Positions 7,139 through 17,807 of a DNA stretch of 37,709 nt are shown here, piece after piece (the first letter of the stretch is position 1; each line of letters opens with the position of its first letter). The position numbers were made by a program, and so were the translations under genes. The notes under the pieces were generated by a model. It did not search any database. It saw nothing but the letters and a program-made list of their open reading frames with translations, and was not told the DNA's origin. The stretch comes from Planctomycetaceae bacterium. Lineage in GTDB: Bacteria > Planctomycetota > Planctomycetia > Pirellulales > Thermoguttaceae. The DNA lies in contig WRCR01000001.1 in the NCBI GenBank assembly GCA_009783865.1, positions 1 to 37,709 on the forward strand. Reading direction: 5' to 3'.

Positions 7139-10100
7139 TTACCACCTCACCGTCAGCGTTGTGGAAAGTACGTTGTTTATGACGCAGCGTTCAAAAACTT
7201 CGCAGTCGTAATCGAGGCGGAACTTGAACCAGTTTGTTTCCTGCACTGCGAACCCGACACCGACAAGTCCGTTGGCGTGTCCCCGCGGACCGCTGTTGGC
7301 GGTAAATTTTACTTCCGGCACGCTGCCAAACGCAGTTGTTACCCTTGCCCCGTTGTTTCCCAATTCGTGAATGTAGTACAGACGTGCTTCCGGTGTCCAT
7401 GAAAGACCGCCGACTCTTGCACCAAAGGTTCTGCTCATCTTGAATCCGACGGGAACACGCATCGAGGAGAAATGCGCGCCGTCAACACGCAGGTTTGCGT
7501 ATCCGCCGTCCTTTTCGTTTACACTTGGGCTGCTGAGATACATGTAATGTAGTCCCGCGCTGGGAGTTAATATAAGTGAACCCAAGTTCTGGGCACTTCC
7601 TACTTCGACACCTGCCGAGAACATATCGTCACTGTAATAACTTTTCGCAGAGCCGGCAAAGGCACCGTTATTTATACAGATACCGCGGTTAATGTCATAC
7701 GAGTTTTTCGAGTATCCCGCGTAGGAGTCGACAAAGTAACCGCCTTTGCACATACTATTGTGGAGTATAATTCTCCATGCATCGATTTCTGAAGTGGAAT
7801 TCAGGGTTTTGAAGTTCTGATTAGCGTTGTCATACCCAAAGGATATTCCGATTAAGTTTCCCGGCATTATCATTTGGTCGATTCCGATGGCAGTTCCTAT
7901 CGTTGATAAACTGTATCCGCTGTATTGTTTGATGCTGCTGCGTCCCTGCCAATCGCCGGTGACGGTAGCCCAAATATTACACTGTCTTGACCGGCTGCCG
8001 GGGTAAACGAAGTCCCGGCAAGAGGGCAGCAGTTTCAGGAAACTGCGATGCAGTTGTGCGGCGGCTTCCTTGTTCGACGCATATACCTCGCCGTGCAGTT
8101 GCGCAAAAGCATCCGCTAACATCTTCGGGTCTCCGCTCAAGGAATCAAGAACATCGTAGAGATTGCCGAGCCGGCCGCTCTGACCGAGCGAATCAATTAC
8201 ATCCACTGCTTTTGCTGCGTTAACGGCATTTGGCGAACCATAACCGTCGAGAATCTCCGATAGACCTCTCCACTTGAGCCAGTAGCCGTAGTCGCCGTTG
8301 TAGTTGCCGATAAACTGACCGAAGCGGTTGTTTCCGACAAGCGTGAACAGCGGCTGCGGTTTCAACTGTGTTGCGCCGGCATCAATAACTTGATAGTACT
8401 TTCCGAATTCGCCGGTGCCTTCTACTACCAATTCAGCACCCTTTTCGATGGTGACTTTTCCGCCAGCCGCAACGAGGAGGTCGCCTTGTCCGCTGTTGTT
8501 GACATCATATTGATATGTCGAACCGGCTTCAAAGAAGACGTCGCCTCCGACGACAAATGTGCCGAAAGGATTGACTTTGTCGCCGGGCGAGAACGCCGCA
8601 CCTTTTTCGACTTTCATTTTTCCGGCAACAGAACCGTGACCGCCGAGTGTTCCCTCTGCAACCCTTGTCAAGCCGGTGTACGTGTTATTAGCATTGAGAT
8701 ACAGCGTACCGTCTCCGTACTTGGTCAGCGCAGTGCCGTCCCACAGAGTGCCGCTCTTATCGATTGCCTTGTTGTACGTATTGTTCGGGGCGTTGTTACT
8801 AAGCACCGCACCGAGTGTGAAACCATCTTTGAAGGTATCCTTTTTAACGGTGAAGTCGCCATGCGCAGTATCCTTCTGCTTGCTGTCCCAAGTTAGTTGG
8901 GTTTCAATAACGACATCTTTGTTATTGTTTTCAAGTACAGCGGCGGCATTAAGGAAGTCCAGTTGCGACTGCTTGTTGATGGTAACGTTCAGACGTTTAT
9001 TGACATCATCGATGATAATTCCGTTTTCAGTTGCAATAGCCCATTGACGGTTCATCGGTACGTAATACGGACTATCCTGATACGGGTCGTAGCCGCTGAT
9101 AGCAAGGTCCACTGCGCCGCCGGCATTAAACTTAACGGTGTCGGCTTTTAGAGCCGCGTCGTCCCGCTTGTCTCTGCCTGCGACATCCAATCCCAAAACG
9201 CCGTCTTTGGTTACGAGAACCTCGCCTGACACACGAATCTGTCCGCCGGAGAACGCATAAGCATCTTCAACAGTCATTTTTGCAACGTCAACGCCGCCGT
9301 CTTGAACTACAACGCCCTTTGCGGCATTGGGGTTGTTGCTGAAAGTAACGGTATCGCCGGTCATGAAGAATGTGTTTCCGATACCGCCGTGAAGCCAATT
9401 CCTGTTTGCCGTATCAGTGTTCCATTCATCAACAGAACCCGAACCGTTCCACGTGATGTTTTCTCCGCCGCCGAGAGCAGTGTACCATAAAGCATTGTTA
9501 TCATAGTAACCGCCGCCGCGAACATTTTTATCAACTAAGTCGTAGATATTTCCCGGGTCTGTCATTATGCCGTTGGAACTGATGAGCAGTTGCGGAACAT
9601 TACTTACGAATCCGGTGTTGTCAATGTGTATCACGGTATTCGTGAAAGAAACATTGCCGATGGCGACAATGCGGTCGTTTGACAACAGGTTGAGGTCAAC
9701 ATGCGCACCGATAAACGCTGCCGTACCAAGTACATTCAATGTACCGGTCGGGTCAACGATGCCTCCGAAGATTGCGTTCTTCAATTCTGCGCCGTTATCG
9801 GAAGTCAATGTCGTACCAGTACCTTGAATGAAATTACCGCCGAGTTTCGCAGTACTCTCTAAATGGACAATGCCGTTGGCTTGCGTAAAGGTGCCGCCGA
9901 AGTTTGACGAGTTGCCTGTCAATATCAATTTACCGACACCGATTTGTGCAGCATTTGCGCCTGCGCCGCCCGTGATTTCGCCGTTATATGTAATGGTATT
10001 GGAACGATTAAACGCGGCTAAGGCACCGTTTTCAATTCTAATGTCGCCCGCAACGGCACCGGTCCTTCTGCCGTCGCCGATTTGCAGCGTTCCCTCTTTG

Positions 10101-13100
10101 ACCCAAGTTAAACCGGTGTAGGTGTTGTCGGCTGTTAAAGTCAGGATACCGGCACCCATTTTGGTCAGCGTAGTGCCGTTCCAGTCAGCCCGCCTGTTAG
10201 CCCAAACGTCGGGACGGCTTCCGGGAGTAATATCCTCAAGCACCATGCCGAGCGTGAACGAGTTGTCAACCGTGAAGTCGCCGTGCGCCGGTTTGCCTGT
10301 CTTCGTGCTGTACCATGAGAGGAAAGTTCCAACCACGACTTGTTTGCCGTTATCGGTAACTTGGACTCCGTTTTCGTCAACGAGTTTCGCATATACCGTA
10401 AGATAATCAACGCCGTTAGAACCGTCAATCGTAACATTCGGATTGAAGCCCGTGATGATACCGTTTGCCGCTTCAATGAGCGTGCTGGAAACCTCCGGTT
10501 CGTTATACACCGGCGGTTCGTATTTTTCAAAGCCGTAAACATTCAGCGTTGCGTTGCCAAGGTTGATGTTTCCGTCTTCGGCAAAAATTGCAACGGGACT
10601 GTCTTCCGTAAAAGTAAAGTGGAAGGTGTAGCCCGCGCCGGCAACGTTCATCGCTAAATCCGGTGTGCCGGTCGCTTTTTCGTTACTGACTACTACGCCA
10701 TTCGGGTCAACGTAAACGTTTTTCTCTGCGGCAGTAAGTACATTGCCGCCGGTTTTCCTGTCGTTGTCGCCGAAATAGACGGCATCGCCATCCATGAAGG
10801 CGTAAATTACGATGGAGCCGTTGTCGCCGAGTTTGCCGTACCAGTTAGCGTGTTCATCGCTGGAAACCCACCAGCGTTTTGGACCATCGCCGTCATCTTT
10901 CGGGTCAGCACCCGTCCAAACAACTTCGGTGTTTCCGCCGCCGTTTTCCGCTACGAGATATAATTCCTTGTCGATGTTATCGGTGAAGAGACCGTACATC
11001 ATTTCGATAGTCCGTGACCGCACCGGAATATACGGGGTGTCATCGTTGCCTAAATACAACTGCCCCATGTTATTGAACGTGTTGTCTTTGTCAGCCGAGG
11101 CAAGGAAAATCTTGTCTCCGCTAAATACGTCAGCAGGGTCGAATCTAACGTTGCTTCTGTCCACCGTTATTGTTCCGGCGGAGAGTTCCAGGAACGGCAC
11201 GGTGACGTTTCTATCGCTCAAGTCAAACGACCACATACTGCCTTGACCGAAGTTGATGCTTCCCGCCGCAGTAATTTGCGTGTTGTGTTTGCTAATCAAA
11301 AGTGTTGACTCAGCGAAATTGATGTTGCCTAAAGCACCGGTATCCGGGTTCACCTGTGCGTCAATGATGTGTCCGCCCAAGCCCAAATCGAAAGTATAAC
11401 GCTGGTTAGGATTGGCAATGTTGTCAACTAGCATATTACCGACCGTGACCGGTTCTGCGATTCTAACGTTTCTGCTCTTGACGATTCTGTCGCCGGCATC
11501 TTCAATGAAAAGAACGGTGTCCCTGTCCATGAACGTGTTGACGATGAGTTCATCGACATATCCCGTCCAGTTCGGCGTAGGATTCGGGGCATGAATACCT
11601 TCGACTTTGTCCCAAGTATTTACATTGCCGAGTGTTCCGCCTACCCAAGTCAGGATAGCCGAAGCGTCATCCTTTGCCTGCACGAGTTTCAACAGGTTGT
11701 CGCCGCCGTCGTCAATACTCTTGTACGAAAGACCGGTCATCATACCGACAGAAACGGTTCTGCGTACGGGAGCCGCCACTTGTACATAACCGCCGAAGCC
11801 GTCGGATTCCCAAAGTGTACCGGGATTCACAATGTTGATGTTTCCGGCATCGCAAGTAATTTCGGCAAGTACGTATGGGGACGGCAGCAGATTCGCCAGC
11901 GTATTGCCCAGATAGACATCGCTGAAGAACTCTACGCCTGCCGCTCCGTTAAATACGACAATCGGGTTGTCGCCGCCGCCCGCGCCTTTGGCAAGAAGAT
12001 TATCGAAATAAACCGCTCCGCCTGCGCCAAGGAGAACTTTGTCGTCTGCCGAAATCGTTACCGGCGAGTTGTAATCAACATGAATTCCCGCTGTACCGAA
12101 ATCAATTCTGCCGACTGCTCCCGTTTTGGCATCCGCTTTTGCTTCAAGGATAGTACCGCCGCCCGCTTGTGTGAAGTCAAACACATAACCGCTGCCGTCT
12201 ACCGTCATATCGCCGACCCGCACCGGAATGGTAAAGTAAATGTCGGCTTTGTTAGTGACAATTTGTGAAACGCCGTTCTCGTCTATGTAAGTATCGCTGA
12301 ACAGCACGGTATCGCCGTTCAAGAAAGTATAAACGCCGCGTCCGCCGACTTTGCCGAACCAATTCGGTGTTCCCGCTAAGGGCGGGTCGCCCGGCACTAC
12401 ACTATCCCAAAGCAGCGGATTGCCGATATCTTTTCCTGTCCATTGAAGAGGATTATCCGGACCGGCATTAGCCATGGAATCCCACATCGAAAGCACTACC
12501 ATTGAGTCAGGACCCGCCTCGCCGTCCATGAGTCCAAGTCCGAAGATTTCGCTGTTTCCGGTCACGCCATCTATAAACCCGCGTTCTGATGAATCCCGCT
12601 GTTTTACTCCGGCAATATACAGGTCGCCGGTTGGGATACCGAATTTGCCCTTATCCACTTCCATAAGAATAAGGTAGTCCCCTCGATTGAAGTCGAAGTT
12701 TGGGTCGGTCGGTTTGTTGGCGTAGAAATCACTTCCGACAACGATTATTTCGCCATCACCAGTGGATACTTTCAGGTCAAGGAACGGACCATCGAAATAT
12801 GGATGCACATCTCCCTGCGGAGTTGCGTTTTTGGTTATTTCCTCGAAGTTTAACACGCTGCCGACCGCGAAGTCAAACGTTTTAGCAGTGATTTGCGTTA
12901 CGGCTTCTATGGAAAAATCTTTGGCAACGATAGTCGCCTTGTTAGCGGCATAAACACTTGCAACATTGTTTGTGAAGACGAAATCCAAGGTCCCGGCATC
13001 GATATGGCGGCTTCCGTCTACACCGTCATCAGCGGCAATAAATCTGCCGTCGTTTCCGAGATTCAAGATAGCACCGACTGCACTATTTTCCGACCCAAGA

Positions 13101-16100
13101 GCAAGTGTACCTTCCGTGAAAGTGAAATTTACGATACCGGGTGTGAGAATGGGCGTAGGCGCAGCCGCATTGCCGAACTTACTTGTTCCAACAAGCCGCC
13201 ATGTTCCTGCGCCGGTTTTGGAAAGTTCCACTTCGGTATTAGCATCGCTGAACATACCGCCGCGCTGTGTCAGGGTGCGTTCATCTGCAACATCGACATT
13301 AAATTGGTTGCCCGCTCCTGTGAAGAAGACGCTGTCATCGGCGTTTTTGTTTCCGGCAGTGTTCACGGTAACACCTATAACGGTATCAACATCCACAACA
13401 TTGACGTTAATAAGTGTACCGGCACTGTAAATGGCACCGCCGGCATCTCCGGGCAGGTCACCGGCTTTCATAGCGCGGTTGCCTTTGAAATTCGTGTCGG
13501 TTAGCGTCAGTTCTCCGCCTTGAGTGAAGATAGCACCGCCGCGGTCAGCATAGTTGCTCTTGGCATGTCCGCCGAGTGTATCACCGAAGTCGCCGCCGGT
13601 TATATCCACTATTCCATTATCGTTGTAAATAGCACCGCCTTGAGAAGCGATATTGCTGGTGAATAGGTTTCTGCCGTTCTCATCGGTAAAAATCAGTATA
13701 CCCTTGTCGTTGTAGACAGCACCGCCGAGACCGTCGGTTTCGCTGACGATGTTTGCGTCAAACAAAACGTGGTCGAAGGTCATGTCTCCGGCACCCCGGG
13801 CAGCGGTATTAAATACAGCACCGCCTTTTTTGCCGATAGTACCGACGTTGTTGCTAATAAAATCGGCATCCGCCATTATAACATTACCGGCATTCCAGAT
13901 GGCACCGCCTTCTGCCGCTTGGTTTTCTACAAACTCAATGTCTGTCAGGGTAAGCAGCCCGACTATGTCGTCGTTGTAGATAGCACCGCCGAATCCGCCT
14001 ACTCCGGGAGCGATAAGTGCGCGGTTGCTCTCGAACACCATTCCCTTGTGTTCTCTGCCGTATTGGTCTATCGTCCGAAAACCGGCACTATCGATAAGCA
14101 GGGCAGCAGTGTCAACATTGTTGGGGTTGGTATGATAGATAGCACCGCCGTGGTCAGCAGTATTCGATGTGAAAAGACCGCCGTAGATATTGACTATACC
14201 GCCTTCATTATAAACGGCACCGCCCTTTCCGCTGTTGGGCACTGTTCTGCCGTCAATAGTCGATGTTGCAAGGTTATGTGTGAATCTGACATTCGCAAGA
14301 TTAATTGTACCGGTTTCCGTGTTGTAAAGTGCACCGCCGAAAGCAGCCAGGTTGCCTAAGCCCGTGCCCCCGCCGAAAACACCGCCGTAAAGATAAGGGT
14401 TGCGCACCGGTATTGGGTTTCCGTCCTCGTCCTTCGGAGGTTCTCCTCCAATGACATTGCCGTCTTCGTCGTATATTAATATCGCATTATTCCAAAATGA
14501 CAGTACTCCATTGTCACTATTGTAAATGGCACCGCCCTTTTCGGCGATATTGTTTGTGAACGTACTAAAACCCGTGCTAAAAAGCTTACCAGCGAAGTCA
14601 CTAGTCGTCGCCATGAAGGTCATCGGCTGCTCGTCGTTGAATATGGCACCGCCGAGTCCGCCGCCGACATATCTATACGCTATTATGTGAGTACCACTTG
14701 ACAGCACGGTATCATTAAGTTGCACAATTTGGTCGCGGTTCCGGTTGCTAAGCACAGTTCCGGGAACCTCGATGACGTTGGGACCATCCGTAAGCGTTCT
14801 GGGACCGGGAAGCACAGTTCCGGCTGGAAGCACAGTTCCGGCTGGCAGCACATTGCCGGCAGGGAACCAGGTGTCAACAAGCAGCGGCGGTCCGCCGGGT
14901 ATTTGGGTTCCGGCAGGAAGCGTCATACCAAGCCCTGTAAGGTAGCCGGTAGAACCGTATCTTGCCGTTCCGGGAATTGTTAACGGGTCAGTCAGCGTTA
15001 TCGCTTCAGCAAGTGCGGTATTACTTGCAAACTCAATGCTAAAACGGGTGTCAGGGGATAAGCCCGAACCGGAAAACCAGTTGGAAAACGTTTGGCTGCC
15101 CGAAACTGTGTGGTCACTGTACACCATTCCAGCCGTGTTATTGCGGAAGCGGGTAGTTCCTACGACTTCCATGTTTCCGCCGCCGGTTGTGTAGATAGCG
15201 CCGCCGTGTTTACCGGCGACATTGCCTTCAAATAAAGCAGCGGCAACATCCGCCTGCGCTATGGCATAACCGTATCGATACGAACCCAGTCCCGTACTAA
15301 CCCAGTCCTGTATAAAAATCTCTGCAAGTGCTTCTTTGGAAATGTAAATGTCCAAGGGCGTTTTTTCCGGGTCAGGCCAAGGAATAATATTTGTATTGCC
15401 GACTTGCCCTGCTTTTCCCGTTGCTTGTGCTGCCGCTGCAATGGGAGAAGTGGTGATGAACCGAAGTGTTCCCTCGTTGTTGTAAATCGCACCGCCGCTG
15501 TCAGTTGATTTGTTGTCCGTAAAGACGCTGCCGTATGCCGTTGATTCGGCATAAGAGCGGGAACCATATTCGAAGGAGCGTAAACTGCTGGGGTCGCCAA
15601 ACTGCGGGTAAATGTACGGGTACCCTATGTCGCCGTCAGGAGGCATTTGCGAGGGGTCATAACCATAAGCCGTCCCCAAGTTGAAATAGAAATTATCGTT
15701 AGAAAAAGTAGCACCACTGGTATTATTAGTTGGCGTAGGGTTAGCCCAAGAGTAGACATTAAGATTGCTGTCGGCATCAGCGGTAATGGCGGCAGTGAAG
15801 GTCAGCGTTCCTTGTTCGTTGTAAACGGCACCGCCTCTGTCGGCTCTGTTGTCCTCAAATTCACTGCCGATTGCTTTGGAAATTGCTAGTGCTGTGGCAT
15901 TTGCGTTGGCAAAAGCAATACCGGTGCCGCTTCTGTTTGCAGTCGGGTTGGCATTGGCAATAGCCGATGCGGAATCAGCAACAGCATTAAAGGTCATGTT
16001 CCCGCCGTTAAGGTAAATTGCGCCGCCCTGACCGTTATAATTACCGGTACCGTTGTCAACACCTGCGGCGTTTCCTTTGAAAATACCGGCATTGGCGATT

Positions 16101-17662
16101 GCTTCTGCAAGCGAGTCGGCAAGCGCGAAAGATGTACCGATACTGCCGGTACCGTGCGTAGACGTGGAGGTAGCAGTGGCAACAGACACGGCACCTTGGG
16201 CATCCGCCGAAAATACCATTGAACTGCTTTCACCTGAAATGTTTTTATCTAAGTAGATAGCACCGCCGGCAGTTTCTGCCTTATTGCCTACAAAAACACC
16301 CCCTTTGGCATGTGCGATAGTGTTCGTATTCACCTCTGATACCGGACGAGTTTGATTCGCGCTGGATTCAGCGATAGCGGTAGCGGTTGCCGAGGCAGGA
16401 CTAGCCGTTGCCAGCAACTCAAGCGTTTCGTTGGTGTAAATCGCGCCGCCGACTTGCTTTGCAGTGTTGTTCAGAAAATAACCGGCAGTAGCATCCGTTT
16501 TATGAGGTGCTCCAGCACGGGAACGCTGCATGTTACCCGTAGTATTGGAGATAATCGTGAGAGTATTATTGGCAGCGTTAGGAGTGGAAAGAACGATAAA
16601 ATTCAATGTTCCATCGTTGTTGTAAATCGCACCGCCGGAACCGGTGAAGGCAACATTATTCCGAAAAATGTTAATTGAAGTGTTGATTCCGCTTCTGCTG
16701 TAAATAATCGGCGGACTCCACTGAGGGCTCCTGCTTGACTGAAAATGTCCGCTGCTTGTTTGAATACCGTTAATAGCGGAAGCGTCAATCGTTATTATTC
16801 CGGTGTTGTTGTAAATTGCTCCTCCGTCTTTATTGGCAATATTACCCTCGAACAGGTTGCTTGCGGGATTTCTTCCCGGGAAAAAATTTGCCGGCGGCAT
16901 ACCATTTTTATTAGGCGGGAAACGATTTGAGTCCGAAGACCAATCGTTTTTGAGAGCATCGATATTTACTTTTCCGCCGTAGGTATAGATAGCCCCGCCG
17001 AATTGCTGTGCCGCGTTTCCGGTAAAATCAACCAACTGGATATTGACATTGCCTCTATCGTTGTATAAGGCACCGCCGCCGCCCGCTCCTTCAACGCTAA
17101 GCGAGGAGTTGTTGTCGAAGAAGAGAACAGAGAGATTTATTGTTGCGCGCCCGTTGAAAATCGCGCCGCCGCGCTGTTCGGTTACATTGTTCGTGAACCC
17201 AAAAGTTCCGGTGCCTGTGGTGGTCCAACTTTCCCACGAAGGAGGAGCACCGGAAAAGGTGAACAAGTTACTGACACCGATAACCGAAATCGCACCGCCG
17301 TCCCGCTCTTCGTAGGCATTATCGAAAACGAGTTTATTAGTAATACCGGCATCGAGATCGGAAACGACATAGATACCGCCCTTGTTGTACAACGCTCCTA
17401 ATTCGAGATGTGCTTTGCCGCCGAATGCATCTTGGTACACGAAGTCGCCGTTAATCACGCCTTCTTTGATAACGAGCCCAGACTCGCTGGTATAACCGGG
17501 AACGGACGTGCTGACATCGTCAGGGGTTATAGTTAGCGGCGTTTGCGCATAAGCGTTATGTCCCATCGCGGGAAACATACCGAGTATGATAGCCAGTACA
17601 CCGGCGGCGAATTTTGCTTTTGTAGATGACTTCTTCCTTGATGAAGTAATGCTCTTTTTCAT
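7139..17662 (-). CDS. giant type Va autotransporter adhesin with polymorphic-membrane-protein (Pmp) repeats, 3507 aa
   Basis: Signal peptide MKKSITSSRKKSSTKAKFAAGVLAIILGMFPAMGHNAYAQ. About two dozen GGA[ILV][YFW] motifs by my count (GGAIYNN, GGAIYTYG, GGAVYNE and others), often followed by F-x-x-N as in Pmp repeats. Autotransporter-associated beta-strand repeats are present (LTKMGAGILTLTADNTYTGLTWVKEGTLQIG; LTKYGDGTLYLNANNTYTGLTRVAEGTL). The C-terminal ~280 aa (about 7142-7980) is a beta-barrel-like domain of alternating hydrophobic residues ending ...TLTVRW. Confidence 0.85.
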   Translation of the reverse strand: MKKSITSSRKKSSTKAKFAAGVLAIILGMFPAMGHNAYAQTPLTITPDDVSTSVPGYTSESGLVIKEGVINGDFVYQDAFGGKAHLELGALYNKGGIYVVSDLDAGITNKLVFDNAYEERDGGAISVIGVSNLFTFSGAPPSWESWTTTGTGTFGFTNNVTEQRGGAIFNGRATINLSVLFFDNNSSLSVEGAGGGGALYNDRGNVNIQLVDFTGNAAQQFGGAIYTYGGKVNIDALKNDWSSDSNRFPPNKNGMPPANFFPGRNPASNLFEGNIANKDGGAIYNNTGIITIDASAINGIQTSSGHFQSSRSPQWSPPIIYSRSGINTSINIFRNNVAFTGSGGAIYNNDGTLNFIVLSTPNAANNTLTIISNTTGNMQRSRAGAPHKTDATAGYFLNNTAKQVGGAIYTNETLELLATASPASATATAIAESSANQTRPVSEVNTNTIAHAKGGVFVGNKAETAGGAIYLDKNISGESSSMVFSADAQGAVSVATATSTSTHGTGSIGTSFALADSLAEAIANAGIFKGNAAGVDNGTGNYNGQGGAIYLNGGNMTFNAVADSASAIANANPTANRSGTGIAFANANATALAISKAIGSEFEDNRADRGGAVYNEQGTLTFTAAITADADSNLNVYSWANPTPTNNTSGATFSNDNFYFNLGTAYGYDPSQMPPDGDIGYPYIYPQFGDPSSLRSFEYGSRSYAESTAYGSVFTDNKSTDSGGAIYNNEGTLRFITTSPIAAAAQATGKAGQVGNTNIIPWPDPEKTPLDIYISKEALAEIFIQDWVSTGLGSYRYGYAIAQADVAAALFEGNVAGKHGGAIYTTGGGNMEVVGTTRFRNNTAGMVYSDHTVSGSQTFSNWFSGSGLSPDTRFSIEFASNTALAEAITLTDPLTIPGTARYGSTGYLTGLGMTLPAGTQIPGGPPLLVDTWFPAGNVLPAGTVLPAGTVLPGPRTLTDGPNVIEVPGTVLSNRNRDQIVQLNDTVLSSGTHIIAYRYVGGGLGGAIFNDEQPMTFMATTSDFAGKLFSTGFSTFTNNIAEKGGAIYNSDNGVLSFWNNAILIYDEDGNVIGGEPPKDEDGNPIPVRNPYLYGGVFGGGTGLGNLAAFGGALYNTETGTINLANVRFTHNLATSTIDGRTVPNSGKGGAVYNEGGIVNIYGGLFTSNTADHGGAIYHTNPNNVDTAALLIDSAGFRTIDQYGREHKGMVFESNRALIAPGVGGFGGAIYNDDIVGLLTLTDIEFVENQAAEGGAIWNAGNVIMADADFISNNVGTIGKKGGAVFNTAARGAGDMTFDHVLFDANIVSETDGLGGAVYNDKGILIFTDENGRNLFTSNIASQGGAIYNDNGIVDITGGDFGDTLGGHAKSNYADRGGAIFTQGGELTLTDTNFKGNRAMKAGDLPGDAGGAIYSAGTLINVNVVDVDTVIGVTVNTAGNKNADDSVFFTGAGNQFNVDVADERTLTQRGGMFSDANTEVELSKTGAGTWRLVGTSKFGNAAAPTPILTPGIVNFTFTEGTLALGSENSAVGAILNLGNDGRFIAADDGVDGSRHIDAGTLDFVFTNNVASVYAANKATIVAKDFSIEAVTQITAKTFDFAVGSVLNFEEITKNATPQGDVHPYFDGPFLDLKVSTGDGEIIVVGSDFYANKPTDPNFDFNRGDYLILMEVDKGKFGIPTGDLYIAGVKQRDSSERGFIDGVTGNSEIFGLGLMDGEAGPDSMVVLSMWDSMANAGPDNPLQWTGKDIGNPLLWDSVVPGDPPLAGTPNWFGKVGGRGVYTFLNGDTVLFSDTYIDENGVSQIVTNKADIYFTIPVRVGDMTVDGSGYVFDFTQAGGGTILEAKADAKTGAVGRIDFGTAGIHVDYNSPVTISADDKVLLGAGGAVYFDNLLAKGAGGGDNPIVVFNGAAGVEFFSDVYLGNTLANLLPSPYVLAEITCDAGNINIVNPGTLWESDGFGGYVQVAAPVRRTVSVGMMTGLSYKSIDDGGDNLLKLVQAKDDASAILTWVGGTLGNVNTWDKVEGIHAPNPTPNWTGYVDELIVNTFMDRDTVLFIEDAGDRIVKSRNVRIAEPVTVGNMLVDNIANPNQRYTFDLGLGGHIIDAQVNPDTGALGNINFAESTLLISKHNTQITAAGSINFGQGSMWSFDLSDRNVTVPFLELSAGTITVDRSNVRFDPADVFSGDKIFLASADKDNTFNNMGQLYLGNDDTPYIPVRSRTIEMMYGLFTDNIDKELYLVAENGGGNTEVVWTGADPKDDGDGPKRWWVSSDEHANWYGKLGDNGSIVIYAFMDGDAVYFGDNDRKTGGNVLTAAEKNVYVDPNGVVVSNEKATGTPDLAMNVAGAGYTFHFTFTEDSPVAIFAEDGNINLGNATLNVYGFEKYEPPVYNEPEVSSTLIEAANGIITGFNPNVTIDGSNGVDYLTVYAKLVDENGVQVTDNGKQVVVGTFLSWYSTKTGKPAHGDFTVDNSFTLGMVLEDITPGSRPDVWANRRADWNGTTLTKMGAGILTLTADNTYTGLTWVKEGTLQIGDGRRTGAVAGDIRIENGALAAFNRSNTITYNGEITGGAGANAAQIGVGKLILTGNSSNFGGTFTQANGIVHLESTAKLGGNFIQGTGTTLTSDNGAELKNAIFGGIVDPTGTLNVLGTAAFIGAHVDLNLLSNDRIVAIGNVSFTNTVIHIDNTGFVSNVPQLLISSNGIMTDPGNIYDLVDKNVRGGGYYDNNALWYTALGGGENITWNGSGSVDEWNTDTANRNWLHGGIGNTFFMTGDTVTFSNNPNAAKGVVVQDGGVDVAKMTVEDAYAFSGGQIRVSGEVLVTKDGVLGLDVAGRDKRDDAALKADTVKFNAGGAVDLAISGYDPYQDSPYYVPMNRQWAIATENGIIIDDVNKRLNVTINKQSQLDFLNAAAVLENNNKDVVIETQLTWDSKQKDTAHGDFTVKKDTFKDGFTLGAVLSNNAPNNTYNKAIDKSGTLWDGTALTKYGDGTLYLNANNTYTGLTRVAEGTLGGHGSVAGKMKVEKGAAFSPGDKVNPFGTFVVGGDVFFEAGSTYQYDVNNSGQGDLLVAAGGKVTIEKGAELVVEGTGEFGKYYQVIDAGATQLKPQPLFTLVGNNRFGQFIGNYNGDYGYWLKWRGLSEILDGYGSPNAVNAAKAVDVIDSLGQSGRLGNLYDVLDSLSGDPKMLADAFAQLHGEVYASNKEAAAQLHRSFLKLLPSCRDFVYPGSRSRQCNIWATVTGDWQGRSSIKQYSGYSLSTIGTAIGIDQMIMPGNLIGISFGYDNANQNFKTLNSTSEIDAWRIILHNSMCKGGYFVDSYAGYSKNSYDINRGICINNGAFAGSAKSYYSDDMFSAGVEVGSAQNLGSLILTPSAGLHYMYLSSPSVNEKDGGYANLRVDGAHFSSMRVPVGFKMSRTFGARVGGLSWTPEARLYYIHELGNNGARVTTAFGSVPEVKFTANSGPRGHANGLVGVGFAVQETNWFKFRLDYDCEVFERCVINNVLSTTLTVRW
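14808..14861 (-). repeat. 3 x 18-nt in-frame tandem repeat inside the autotransporter
   Basis: On the + strand, ggaagcacagttccggct occurs twice perfectly (14808-14825, 14826-14843), followed by the variant ggcagcacattgccggca (14844-14861). On the - strand this encodes PAGNVL-PAGTVL-PAGTVL. Confidence 0.85.
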
Positions 17663-17807
17663 GGCGACCGTACTTCCTTGTAATTTTTCGGAATTTTGGC
17701 ATTCGGAATTGGCAAAACAGGCGGTCTACGCTATGCGTCTGCAACGCAGGCAAGACACCCTATTTCATTTTTCGGCATTCCGCAAGTTAAAATTAAGAAA
17801 AAAATTA

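Noticed and set aside
7097-17315. Many + strand ORFs of 60-225 aa inside the autotransporter (for example 8390..8896, 11591..12268, 12893..13504, 13769..14359)
   Set aside because: All are antisense to one uninterrupted 10.5-kb frame with strong domain signals. Their sequences are repeat-derived low-complexity shadows.
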